64,000 bases of DNA from Anthoceros angustus (lineage: Eukaryota > Plantae > Anthocerotophyta). Shown piece after piece: positions 1 through 12,789 of this stretch; position 1 is the stretch's first letter, and the number at the start of each line of letters is the position of its first letter. The notes below the pieces were generated by a model that was not told the DNA's origin, made no database searches, and worked only from the letters and a program-made list of their open reading frames with translations. Location: assembly GCA_010909165.1 (NCBI GenBank), contig MU008176.1, positions 1,046,856 to 1,110,855 on the forward strand, in the 5' to 3' direction. The translations under genes were made by a program, and so were the position numbers.

Positions 1-460
1 GGCCATTCCCAACCTCAGCTCATGGACAACGTTTAAGGTTCTCGGGGCCAACTCAATTCCTGGAAGCTAGAGATGAGATCCCAACCGTGGCAACAACCAT
101 GTATCCGCAGAGTCCTACTATACCGAGTCTTTGGTGAAGAAACTGCTGTAACTACTCTGAAGGGAGTCCTTGTCCAACAGGAATTCCTTCGCATGTAACT
201 AGGTTAGGGAAGTGAATAACGTAGGTAGATACACGAACACCCTTATGATCCTAGTTTTACGTATGACAATGAACATGAACTCTAAATGGATGCCCTCACG
301 GAAGAAGAAGCGCGGGCCCTTCTTATTGTCGAACACAATGACGTATTTACAAGCGGCTAGAACGCAATGACATATTTACAAACGGGCCCTAATTGTTATC
401 GAACACAATGACATGCGTGCCACAACGTCTGCAGATGGCTATCTGAGTTGACGATCACGA

Positions 461-1633
461 TCGGTGAGCATAGTAGGTGGACCTGTTTGCGGCATTCTCT
501 TGAACATGTCCATTCCAAACGAGGAGTCCGAGGAACGCAACGATGAACCAATGTTAACCAACATGTGATGAAACAACGTTAAGTCGAACGCGAAAAGAAA
601 GAGGCGTGACACGGGAATCGTTATTTCGTAAGGAAGGAACCACTTGATGTTTAAGATGGGAGGTATGTGATCCTTCTTGATCAACTTTCATAAAATCTCC
701 ATCGTAACATCTCGTAGAGCGTTTTCGAACCGCTTGCCGCTTGGATCTCTCTTCAACGATCGATTCGAGTGGTATCATTAACATGACAAACCGTTACTTA
801 CTGCGGAAGCATGAAACTCATCTCATAGAGAGGCGGACTTGCCGCCATCACCAAGGGAATAGATACGAGTATGGTTTCTTGTGCGATTGCGAGGACAGAC
901 AACATTAAGTGCACACACCACGCTCCCGGTCAAACGCTTCAACCTTGTTGCCGAACCAAGCTATCTTGTTGTTCTTGGTCTCATAGAAGGACAGACAAAC
1001 CTGCAGCTCCAACTCTTGAAGGCCTACTCTGCGAATCGAGTGCCCAAAACTGCTTTGAGAACTTTCCGATCACAATTCTCCATGTCGAGATAGGGTTACA
1101 GCTTTTCTTGTTTGGGTGTTTCTCACCCATGTAAGAAAGCGGTCAATCTTCTCGTCAATCCTTTTTCAACATCGGATCCCCGACCGCACTGAACCATGGA
1201 AGCGGATCAAAGTATCAATATCATGCGGACCTACTCAAGCTTTTAAAAACAAAGAATCGGATGGGAAGCTGCACCAACAACCCATATAGGTTATCTCAAA
1301 AGCTCGAGTCGATGTCTCGAGGACGAACTTGTCCAAAGGCGCGTTGAACATTATGGTATGCAAGATGCCCGACATGCCACATTATCTCGATGAGAAGGTT
1401 AACCCTTCTGACTCTATTGACACACAACGTGCAAAAACAAAGCGTAATCATTCACCAAAGAATCCGACAACGCACATCTTAGCGCTTCCGAATTTGATAT
1501 CGCTCCAGCTCCTGCACGATAGCAAGCATCTCATTCGACTATTCCAACCACAAACCATTGATCCCGAACGGAAAACTAAATTCTATCACAACTGGCGACC
1601 TACCTCTTTCGGATAAAACACCTCGCAATTCAT
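461..1633 (-). pseudogene. ATG101: ATG101 copy 1 (many indels; may be intact if the indels are sequencing errors)
   Basis: Colinear copy of 14484-15708: ATG at 1633 (MNCEVF), exons for ILHTIMFNR and VCLSFYETKNNKIAWFGNKVE, C-terminus SSDSSFGMDMFKRM. Frameshifts cluster at CWG sites and homopolymers. Confidence 0.85.
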
Positions 1634-2053
1634 GGTGCAAGGGATCAATAACCCGCTGCAAATTCTGTGGCATGCAAAGAGAGGACCTCAAGAGACACCG
1701 CAAACACGCAATGCCTAAAAAATTGTTATCACGAATTGATGACGAGATCACAAGCTCCTGTGTTGCTCTGCAGTCGCCATACCTCCTCTGAACTAAAGCT
1801 CAAGCGCCTTCCTTGGGAAATTCGGATCTGGCGCAGATCATCTTGGTGCCGACAAGCGACACGATGAAATACATGCGTGGAGCTTTACACTTGCTAGGGC
1901 TGGTCTGCTTGAGCTTCCACACCGATCCCTCAAGGCACTGGTGGGCAAAATATATGTTCTTTGGAGATATACACATAATCGGGTCTCACAAGATTTTTGT
2001 GCAAGAGTTTACGATTGATTTTTGCAGATAGCGCGTGAGCCCCTGTGGCCGCC

Positions 2054-2269
2054 ATGAGCTCCGTGAGTGGGCGAACCATTCCACAGCATTGAGTTGCGCT
2101 CTGCACCTTCGTTGTGGATCGCCTTGCGCCTAGACCCTTGGATTTCAGCCTTGGTGAGGACGAATGTGCGGATGTTGAATCGGATCCGACAAGCGAGGAG
2201 GGCCGATTGAGAGCGAAGAAATGTTGTGAAGGAACCCGTAGTTCTTTGGGTCTCTTTGGGCTCATGGTT
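2054..2269 (+). pseudogene. TRAPPC13: Truncated TRAPPC13 exon-1 stub (further stubs at 8407-8627 and 9621-9840)
   Basis: ATGAGCTCCGTGAGTGG...GGCTCATGGTT matches 16164-16391, then breaks into AT-rich repeats. Confidence 0.85.
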
Positions 2270-2284
2270 ATATTATATTATTGC

Positions 2285-2625
2285 GTCACTTTGTATATAC
2301 TATAAATAAGGAGTATCACTTTGTACATATTATACATAAACGAACGTCATCTTGTACATATTATATATAAAGAATGTCACCTTGTACATACTATATATAA
2401 TGGGTGTCATGCTCTACATACCATATATAATAAGTACCACCTAGTACATATCATATATAATGAGTACCACCTTGTACATACCATACATAACAAACATCAT
2501 CTTGTACATATTATACACAAGGAGTATCACCTTATATATAATAAGCGTCACCTTATATGTACCATCTACCTTATACATACTATACAAACTAGCATCATCT
2601 TGTACATACTACATATAATAGTTAA
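2285..2625. repeat. Degenerate ~30-bp AT-rich tandem repeat (core CACCTTGTACATAYTATATATAA), also ~8645-8975 and ~9860-10180
   Basis: About ten imperfect units visible directly. They generate the spurious 'HLVHIIY' ORFs. Confidence 0.85.
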
Positions 2626-2849
2626 TAAAACTATTCCTTGCACATATGTACCTACCCATATGGACACAAAGTAAAATTTACATACATTTGATTCTCTTAA
2701 ATATGATATTTTTATATATATATTTGTATATTTGAATTATAAACTATTTTATAATTTTAAAGTAAATCACTTCACACAAAAGCTTTGGTATGGTCATCCG
2801 GGAGCCAAAAATAACCTCTATGGACTTTCTCGTTGAGCAAGAATTTCTC

Positions 2850-3360
2850 ATTACAACCTATTCTCATTACAAGGTACTCATATAACAAGGTTCGTCACGT
2901 CCTTGCATGTCCGGCTTATGACAAGGTCCTCATATAACAAGGTTTATTACATGGTCCTCATATGATGTAACTTCATAATATTAATAGTTTTGAGAATAGA
3001 TACTAAATGAATAGTGTTATTTTGAGAATAAATACTAAACTCCACATTGTTGAGAATACATACAAAACCGTCAATGGAGGATCGTCATATATCGTAATCT
3101 TGGAATACACCCAATGAGGGTAATAGTAGGGGAAGGAAGAAAAATGCATACCTCTCGATAACACATACTAAATCAATAATGTTGAGAATACAATATTAAA
3201 GCGCTATTGGAGAATCGTTGGATCCCTTAATCTTGGAGTATACTACAATGAGGGTAATAGTAGGGGAAGGAAGAAAAATGCATCGCAGGATCATCCGTCC
3301 CTTAATTTTGGAGTATACCACGGTGAGGGCAATGGTAAAGGAAGGAAGAAAACTAAATAT
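2850..3360. repeat. Short-motif arrays in segment B (ACAAGGT units, GAGAATAxATACTAAA units, 3x CAATGAGGGTAATAGTAGGGGAAGGAAGAAAA-like blocks)
   Basis: Direct inspection; repeated at ~10400-10910. Resembles subterminal repeats of a non-autonomous DNA element (inference). Confidence 0.65.
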
Positions 3361-3814
3361 GATGAACCCATAGCAAGGATCCAATATTAACGTGTACATT
3401 TTGGTGGATATGTATACAATAAACCATCAACAGCGACGATACATCAAACCATGAGCAATAAAAGACAACAATTAATCAAAGCGAACCTTTAAACTAAAAG
3501 AAGGAAACAAAGTTCCACTACCAAGCAATCCAAATGATACATAGAACTAAAGATGGGCCCATAGTGAATATTGGATTGTTTGACATAGCAATTATCATGA
3601 ATATTTAAAGAACTATAAATTAGGAAAACTTTCTAATAATGTCGTTATAATCCAAAATTTCATCAGATCCTTTATGGTACGCCCAAAAGAGAATGGATAT
3701 TCGTCTTGCTATATCATTCTATGTCCTTTGAGGAGGCATCTAGGTGTCATAGAACGCCTCCACATCATCAAAGTAGCTCCATGTATTGAAGAGCGCATTG
3801 CTTTCCGGAAGAAA

Positions 3815-3912
3815 CAACACGATATTGAGTGCTGCGCTCCCGGTCAACGTTCAACCTTGTTGCCCAACTAGGCTATCTCGTTGTTCTCGGTCTCATAGAA
3901 GGACAAACAAAC
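3815..3912 (-). pseudogene. ATG101: Isolated diverged ATG101 exon-4 fragment inside segment B (second copy ~11375-11481)
   Basis: At 11375-11481 the minus strand reads CTACAG|GTTTGTTTGTCCTTCTATGAGACCGAGAAC = VCLSFYETENNEIA*LGNKVERLDWE. The splice acceptor is kept and there is a premature stop. Substitutions are shared by both B copies but absent from the A copies. Confidence 0.85.
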
Positions 3913-4015
3913 ACAGAATTCTTAATGAGTAGTTTTAATTTTAACGAGTAATTTTAATTTTAACAAGTAATTTTATATTTAATAAATATAGCATATAATT
4001 AATTAGATACACTTA

Positions 4016-4300
4016 ATGCGGCTTCATCCGAATCCAACGGTTCCGTATCCCATTTGATCGTGAGAGCCGGTCTCGAGGCTAAACTCAACAGCCCAATCCT
4101 AACGGTTCCGTTCAGCTTAACGGTGACAGTCCGTCAAGTCCCATCCCGTCCGTTTGGACTGAGAAGCCCATCTCGTCCCATCCCGTCCCATTCGGTCCTA
4201 AGAAGCCTGTCCCATCCCAAGCGGCTCCGTCCGGTGAACCCCAACAGCCTCCGTCCAATCCGACGGTTCCGTTCAGCCCTAACGGGTCTCGCATATCCGA
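4016..4300. repeat. GC-rich CCCATCCCGT / AACGGTTCCGTTCAG repeat patch (second copy ~11585-11870)
   Basis: Short repeats in an AT-rich context. The internal unit arrangement differs between B1 and B2. No convincing TIR. Confidence 0.6.
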
Positions 4301-6832
4301 GTGTGGTGGCGACCCTTAAAATGGTGAGAGACATTCGAACATGAGCGTAATAAACCTATACATTCACACAAGAAGGCGAAGAAGAAGAAGAATTTTATTT
4401 AAGTCCATCGAGGACGGATTTAACAACTTGTACCATGGTGTGACTAAATTACTTGCACCAAGGCATCCACTCCCTTTAGGCACCCCATCTAAGTACCGAT
4501 CTAAACTCACCCCATCTAAGTACCGATCTAAACTCGGGATGCTTAATCACGGCGTTCTTATAAATGTGTGTCCACTTGGCCTAAGCCATTTGGACCACAA
4601 ACCATCGGACCAAGCCATCAATTATGACAATAATAGGAAACAATCTCTCGAAAATGTAAATTGTGTAATCGTGATTGTACACTGTAACTTGTAACACAAC
4701 TTGTGTACTTGATGGATGTATATCTTTGGAACACCCGCGGTAGAATTCTGAATTTCCTGTTGCCACGCCAACGAGTTCTATGTTGGGCTAATATTACCAG
4801 CATTGGCTTGCGTCTTGCTTTCGAATTTTTCGTCGCCATGGTGGATTGCATCATCCACACATTGCCTCTTAGGCTGCATTTGCTTCTCGCAAGATATCGG
4901 CAACAGACTTCTGATGAGGCTAGGTTACACTTGGAACGCCTCAAGTAGGCACAAGGTCGTCAAAGCATCCAAGATTTCGAGGATCCTAAGTTCTTCGCAG
5001 CTTGTGTCCACCGGAGTTTGGGCGGCAAGGGCGACCTAAGCTCGAGATGTGCCGGTTTGGAGCGGATTCTGGTGAATCCCGTTCTTGGCTGCTGGATGCA
5101 CCTTGAGGTTGAGGAGAAGGCTTGCACTTTCTAGTGGAAGTGCGCATCGACATTGCGCATTTCAAGGAGGCCCGGCAACCAGTCCTTGGAATCAAAGCAG
5201 GCGGATTCACATCACCGCAGCTTGGAAGCTCCTCCTACACCAAAATTTGGGAAGAACCAGAACTGTCAGGATTCAAATGGAAGATGCCTACTTGCGGATG
5301 ATATTCCACTGGCTATGTGAAATGCCAATTTTGTCGGAAATGCCACCACTACTGCAAACGCTTCACAACATGTGGTACATGCCCCCACGCTCGTGCATTT
5401 GCAATTGAGTGTTGCGCCGGATCGTGTAGAATTACGGACCAGTTGAGCCTTTTCTGTCTAGATGCAGCTTGGATTGAGATGCCATCCTTGAGTTTCCTAA
5501 AATCCTTGAGCTGTTGCAATTTACCATTGTCACCTATCTTGCATCTATTTTGAAGCAGGACCTACTTTTACAGGTGTCTCGTGGGCTGTAGTGTTTCTGT
5601 TGAATTATCTATGTTGGTGTCTCGCTAGAGGCTAAATTGCAAATCTTTGTCTAGGTTATGGCTCGGTCGAAGCAAAGATACAGGAGATCGAGGTGAGCAA
5701 GTCGATGCTCCAAGCCTGTCTGAATTCAAAGCACGCATGGAAGCCATGTTTGACTGTGGTATGTGGGTGACCTTTCTTATTGTCATTCACGTGTGGAACG
5801 TTACTTGCCATGTGTTGCGATTTATCCCGAGATTGTGTGCGGTTTGCTCCTTCGAAAGGAGAAGTGCGCTTTTCAACTGTGAATCTAATTACAGGCTAGA
5901 CTCATACCGATGTCTCGTGTCGTAGAAAGATTATGAAGATCTTGCATTTTCTATCATGAACATTGTTTAATAGATCGCGAAGAAATCCTGTATACTTTGG
6001 AGTGTCACACTGCGTAGGTGTGTTTGGACAATGCAATGTCGGTGTGTGCATGAGTTGGAACTTGGTCTAGCGATTGACATTTGACTCATGGTTGGGTTTT
6101 GACCTAACTGCTTTGTGTTTTCAGTGCACTTGTCCAATAGTGGCATGGATGTTGATCAACGGATCACTCAAAATGTGGAAAGGCTCTGTGGTGATCTTTC
6201 TAGACTTGTAACAGAATATAGGAATCGGGACACCAGAACTAGCCATCCTTGCTCGGGACTTGTAAGAACTAGCCATCCTTGCTTCCTCGTGACATACTAT
6301 TCTGATGATTGCTTGTGAGACAGTCTGAAGGACTTGTTTGTGTTGTACAATCGAGACTAATGAGATGCTGAAAATTTCTACTAGATGAAATTTTCTGCCT
6401 TCAAGTCCAAGTCTTGTCTGTCTAGCTTAACTTTTGCATTAATTTCTCTCTCATGATTTGAGGTAACGGCAACAACCATGTATCCGCAGAGTCCTAGTAT
6501 ATAGAGTCTTTGCAGAGGAACTGCTGTACCTGCTCTGAAGGAGTCCTTGTCCAACAGAATTCCTTCGCATGTAACTAGGTTAGGGAAGTGAATAACGAGG
6601 TAGATACACGAACACCCTATTGATCCTAGTTTTACGTATGACAATGAACATGAACTCTAAATGGATGCCCTCACGGAAGAAGAAGCGCGGGCCCTTCTTA
6701 TTGTCGAACACAATGACGTATTTACAAGCGGCTAGAACGCAATGACATATTTACAAGCGGGCCCTAATTGTTATCGAACACAATGACATGCGTGCCACAA
6801 CGTCTGCAGATGGCTACAGGAGTTGATCACGA

Positions 6833-7986
6833 TCAGCTGAGCATAGTAGGTGGACCTGTTTGCGACATTCTCTTGAACATGTCCATTCCAAAGCGAGGAG
6901 TCCGAGGAACGCAACGATGAACCAATGTTAACCAACATGTGAAACAACGTTAACGCGAAAAGAAAGAGGCGTGACACAGGAATCGTTATTTCGTGAGAAG
7001 GAACCACTTGATGTTTAAGATGGGAGGTATGTGATCCTTCTTGATCAACTTTCTGAAATCTCCATCGTAACATCTCGTGAGCGTTTTCGAACCGCTTGCC
7101 GCTTGGATCTCTCTTCAACGATCGATTCAGTGGTATCATTAACATGACAAACCGTTACTTACTCTGGAAGCATGAAACTCATCTCATAGAGAGGCGGACT
7201 TGCCGCCATCACCAAGGGAATAGATACGAGTATGGTTTCTTGTGCGATTGCGAGGACAGCACAACATTAAGCTGCACACACCACGCTCCCAGTCCAAGCG
7301 TTCAACCTTGTTGCGAACCAAGCTATCTTGTTGTTCTTGGTCTCATAGAAGGACAGACAAACCTGCAGAAAGCTCCAACTCTTGAAGGCCTACTCTGCAG
7401 CAGTGCCCAAAAGCTTTGAGAACTTTCCGATCACAATTCTCCATGTCGAGATAGGGTTACAGCTTTTCTTGTTTGGGTGTTTTCACCATGTAAGAAGCGG
7501 TCAATCTTCTCGTCAATCCTTTTTCAACATCGGGATCCCCGCCTTTTGAACCATGGAAGCGGATCAAAGTATCAATATCATGCAGACCTACTCCAAGCTT
7601 TTAAAAACAGCAACTGGATGGGAAGCTGCAGACCAACAACGACATAGGTTATCTCAAAAAGCTCGAGTCGATGTCTCGAGGACGAACTTGTCCAAAAGCG
7701 GTTGAACATTATGGTATGCAAGATGCGACATGCCACATTATCTCGATGAGAAGGTTAACCCTTTACAGCTCTATTGACACACAACGTGCAAAAACAAAGC
7801 GAATCATTCACCAAAGAATCCACAACGCACATCTTAGCGCTTCCCGAATTTGATCGCTCCAGCTCCTGCACGATAGCAAGCATCTCATTCGACTATTCCA
7901 ACCACAAACCATTGATCCCGAACGGAAAACTAAATTCTATCACAATCGACCTACCAGCTCTTTCGGATAAAACACTCGCAATTCAT
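6833..7986 (-). pseudogene. ATG101: ATG101 copy 2 (indels; status uncertain)
   Basis: Colinear copy with the same exon-intron layout; ATG at 7986, stop at 6833; several 1-2 nt indels. Confidence 0.85.
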
Positions 7987-8152
7987 GGTGCAAGGGATCA
8001 ATAACCCGCTGCAAATTCCTGTGGCATGCAAAGAGAGGACCACGAAGAGACACGCAAACACGCCCCCGAGAAAAATTGTTATCACGAATTCGGATGGCGA
8101 GATCACAAGCTCTGTGTTGCTCGCAGTCGCCATACCTCCTCTACGAACTAAA

Positions 8153-10567
8153 GCTCAACCGCCTTCCTTGGGAAATTCGGATCTGGCGCAGATCATCTTG
8201 GCTGCCGACAAGCGACACGATGAAATACATGCGTGGAGCTTTACACTTGCTAGGGCTGGTGCTTGAGCTTCCACACCGATCCCCTCAAGGCGGTGGTGGG
8301 CAAAATATATGTTCTTTGGAGATATACACATAATCGGGTCTCACAAGATTTTGTGCAAGAGTTTACGATACTTGATTTTTGCAGATAGCGCGTGAGCCCT
8401 GTCGCCATGAGCTCCGTGAGTGGGCGAACCATTCCCCAGCATTCGTGGTTATGCGCTGTCAGACCTTCGTTGGTATGGATCGGTCTTTGCGCCTAGACCC
8501 TTGGATTTCACCTTGGTGAGGACGAATGCGGATGTTGAATCGGATCCGACAAGCGAGGAGGGCCAGTTGAGAGCGAAGAAATGTTGTGAAGGAACTGTGT
8601 TCTTTGGGTCTCTTTGGGCTCATGGTTATATTATATTATTAGCGTCACTTTGTATATACTATAAATAAGGAGTATCACTTTGTACATATTATACATAAGC
8701 GAGCGTCATCTTGTACATATTATATATAAAGAATGTCACCTTGTACATACTATATATAATGGGTGTCATGTCTCTACATACCATATATAATAAGTACCAC
8801 CTAGTACATATCATATATAATGAGTACCACCTTGTACATACCATACATAACAAACATCATCTTGTACATATTATACACAAGGAGTATCACCTTATATATA
8901 ATAAGCGTCACCTTATATGTACCATCTACCTTATACATACTATACAAACTAGCATCATCTTGTACATACTACATATAATAGTTAATAAAAACTATTCCTT
9001 GCATATGTACCTACCCATATGGACACAAAGTAAAATTTACATACATTTGATTCTCTTAAATATGATATTTTATATATATATTTGTATATTTGAATTATAA
9101 ACTATTTTATAATTTAAAGTAAATCACTTCACACAAAAGCTTTGGTATGGTCATCCGGGGCCAAAATAACCAGTCTATGGACTTTCTCGTTGAGCAAGAA
9201 TTTCTCATTACAACCTATTCTCATTACAAGGTACTCATATAACAAGGTTCGTCACCGTCCTTGCATGTCTGGCTTATGACAAGGTCCTCATATAACAAGG
9301 TTTATTACATGGTCCTCATATGATGTAACTTCATAATATTAATAGTTTTGAGAATAGATACTAAAGCTCAAGCGCCTTCCTTGGGAAATTCGGATCTGGC
9401 CGCGGATCATCTTGGTATATGGCACGATGAAATACATGCGTGGAGCTTTACACTTGCTAGGGCTGGTCTGTTTGAGCTTCCACACCGATCCCCTCAAGGC
9501 GGTGGTGGGCAAAATATATGTTCTTTGGAGATATACACATAATCGGGTCTCACAAGATTTTGTGCAAGAGTTTACGATACTTGATTTTTGCAGACGGCTG
9601 CTTGCGTGAGCCCTGTCGCCATGAGCTCCGTGAGTGGGCGAACCATTCCCAGCATTCGTGGTTATGCGCTGTCAGACCTTCGTTGGGCTGGATCGGTCTT
9701 TGCGCCTAGACCCTTGGATTTCACCTTGGTGAGGACGAATGCGGATGTTGAATCGGATCCGACAAGCGAGGAGGCCGATTGAGAGCGAAGAAAATGTTGT
9801 GAAGGAACTGTGTTCTTTGGGTCTCTTTGGGCTCATGGTTATATTATATTATTGCGCGTCACTTTGTATATACTATAATAAGGAGTATCACTTTGTACAT
9901 ATTATACATAAGCGAGCGTCATCTTGTACATATTATATATAAAGAATGTCACCTTGTACATACTATATATAATGGGTGTCATACATACCATATATAATAA
10001 GTACCACCTAGTACATATCATATATAATGAGTACCACCTTGTACCATACATAACAAACATCATCTTGTACATATTATACACAAGGAGTATCACCTTATAT
10101 ATAATAAGTACCACCTTATATGTACCATCTACCTTATACATACTATACAAACTAGCATCATCTTGTACATACTACATATAATAGTTAATAAAAACTATTC
10201 CTTGCACATATGTACCTACCCATATGGACACAAAGTAAAATTTACATACATTTGATTCTCTTAAATATGATATTTTATATATATATTTGTATATTTGAAT
10301 TATAAACTATTTTATAATTTAAAGTAAATCACTTCACACAAAAGCTTTGGTATGGTCATCCGGGAGCCAAAATAACCAGTCTATGGACTTTCTCGTTGAG
10401 CAAGAATTTCTCATTACAACCTATTCTCATTACAAGGTACTCATATAACAAGGTTCACACGTCCTTGCATGTCCGGCTTATGACAAGGTCCTCATATAAC
10501 AAGGTTTATTACATGGTCCTCATATGAGAACTTCATAATATTAATAGTTTTGAGAATAGATACTAAA
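8153..10567. repeat. Internal ~1.2-kb tandem duplication (8153-9365 and 9366-10567) with ACTAAA microhomology
   Basis: At 9360-9370 GATACTAAA joins to GCTCAAGCG, the sequence that follows GAACTAAA at 8147-8152. Confidence 0.88.
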
Positions 10568-12789
10568 CTGAATAGTGTTATTTTGAGAATAAATACTAAA
10601 CTCCACATTGTTGAGAATACATACAAAACCGTCAATGGAGGATCGTCATATCGTAATCTTGGAATACACCCAATGAGGGTAATAGTAGGGAAGGAAGAAA
10701 ATGCATACCTCTAAATCGATAACACATACTAAATCGAATAATGTTGAGAATACAATATTAAACTGCTATTGAGAATCGTTGGATCCCTTAATCTTGGAGT
10801 ATACTACAATGAGGGTAATAGTAGGGAAGGAAGAAAATGCATCGCAGGATCATCCGTCCCTTAATTTTGGAGTATACCACAGTGAGGGCAATGGTAAAGG
10901 AAGGAAGAAAACTAAATATGATGAACCCATAGCAAGGATCCAATATTAACGTGTACATTTTGGTGGATATGTATACAATAAACCATCAACAGACGTATAC
11001 ATCAAACCATGAGCAATAAAGACAACAATTAATCAAACGAACCTTTAAACTAAAAGAAGGAAACAAAGTTCCACTACCAAGCAATCCAAATGATACATAG
11101 AACTAAAGATGGGCCCATAGTGAATATTGGATTGTTTGACATAGCAATTATCATGAATATTTAAAGAACTATAAATTAGGAAAACTTTCTAATAATGTCG
11201 TTATAATCCAAAATTTCATCAGATCCTTTATGGTACGCCCAAAAGAGAATGGATATTCGTCTTGCTATATCATTCTATGTCCTTTGAGGAGGGCATCTAG
11301 GTGTCATAGAACGCCTCCACATCATCAAAGTAGCTCCATGTATTGAAGAGCGCATTGCTTTCCGGAAGAAACAACACGATATTGAGCTGCACACACCACG
11401 CTCCCAGTCCAAGCGTTCAACCTTGTTGCCCAACTAGGCTATCTCGTTGTTCTCGGTCTCATAGAAGGACAAACAAACCTGTAGAATTCTTAATGAGTAG
11501 TTTTAATTCTTAACGAGTAATTTTAATTCTTAACAAGTAATTTTATATTTAATAAATATAGCATATAATTAATTAGATACACTTAATGCGGCTTCATCCG
11601 AATCCAACGGGTTCCGTATCCCATTTCGGTCGTAAGGAGCCGGTCTCGTCCGAGGCTAAACCCCAACAGCTCCGTCCAATCCTAACGGTTCCGTTCAGGC
11701 TTAACGGTGACAGGTCCGTCAAGTCCCATCCCGTCCCGTTTGGACTGAGAAGCCCATCTCGTCCCATCCGTCCCATTCGGTCCTAAGAAGCCTGTCCCAT
11801 CCGTCCCGTTTGGACTGAGAAGCCCATCTCGTCCCATCCTAACGGTTCCGTTCAGCCCTAACGGGTCTCGCATATCCGAGTGTGGTGGCGACCCTTAAAA
11901 TGGTGAGAGACATTCGAACATGAGACGAATAAACCTATACATTCACACAAGAAGACTAAGAAGAAGAAGAATTTTATTTAAGTCCACTGAGGACGGATTT
12001 AACAACTTGTACCATGGTGTGACTAAATTACTTGCACCAAGGGCATCCACTCCCTTTAGGCACCCCATCTAAGTACCGATCTAAACTCACCCCATCTAAG
12101 TACCGATCTAAACTCGGGATGCTTAATCACGGCGTTCTTATAAATGTGTGTCCACTTGGCCTAAGCCATTTGGACCACAAACCACTGGACCAAGCCATCA
12201 ATTATGACAATAATAGGAAACAATCTCTACTGAAAATGTAAATTGTGCACTGTGATTGTACACCTGTTAACTTGTAACACAACTTGTGTACTTGACTGTG
12301 GATGTATATACTGGAACACCCGCGGTAGAATTCCTGAATTTCCTGTTGCCACGCCAACGAGTTCTATGTTGGGCTAATATTACCAGCATTGGCTTGCGTG
12401 CTGCTCGAATTTTGCGTCGCCATGGTGGATTGCATCATCCACACATTGCCTCTTAGGCCTGCATTTGCTTCTCGCAAGATATCGGCAACAGACTTCTGAT
12501 GAGGCTAGGGTTACACTTGGAACGCTCAGAAGTAGGCACAAGGTCGTCAAAGCATCCAGTATTTCGAGGATCCTAAGTTCTTCGCAGCTTGTGTCCACCG
12601 GGAGTTTGGGCTGGCGGCAAGGGCCTGACCTAAGCTCAGATGTGCCCAGTTTGGAGCGGATTCTACAGCGAATCCGTTGCTGGCTGCTGGATGCACCTTG
12701 AGGTTGAGGAGAAGGCTTGCACTTTCTAGTGGAAGTCTGCATCGACATTGCGCATTTCTGAAGGAGGCCCGGCAACCAGTCCTTGGAAT

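Noticed and set aside
2285-2674. CRISPR-like regular ~30-bp repeats and 'MYILY...HLVHIIY' ORFs (also 8711-9100 and 9924-10181)
   Set aside because: Units are contiguous and degenerate, with no unique spacers, no cas genes and a eukaryotic context. The ORFs are by-products of the repeat.
2270-6466. Segment B as a Helitron or TIR transposon
   Set aside because: No 5'-TC/CTRR-3' ends, terminal hairpin, TIR or TSD found at its boundaries in either orientation. Left as an unclassified segment.
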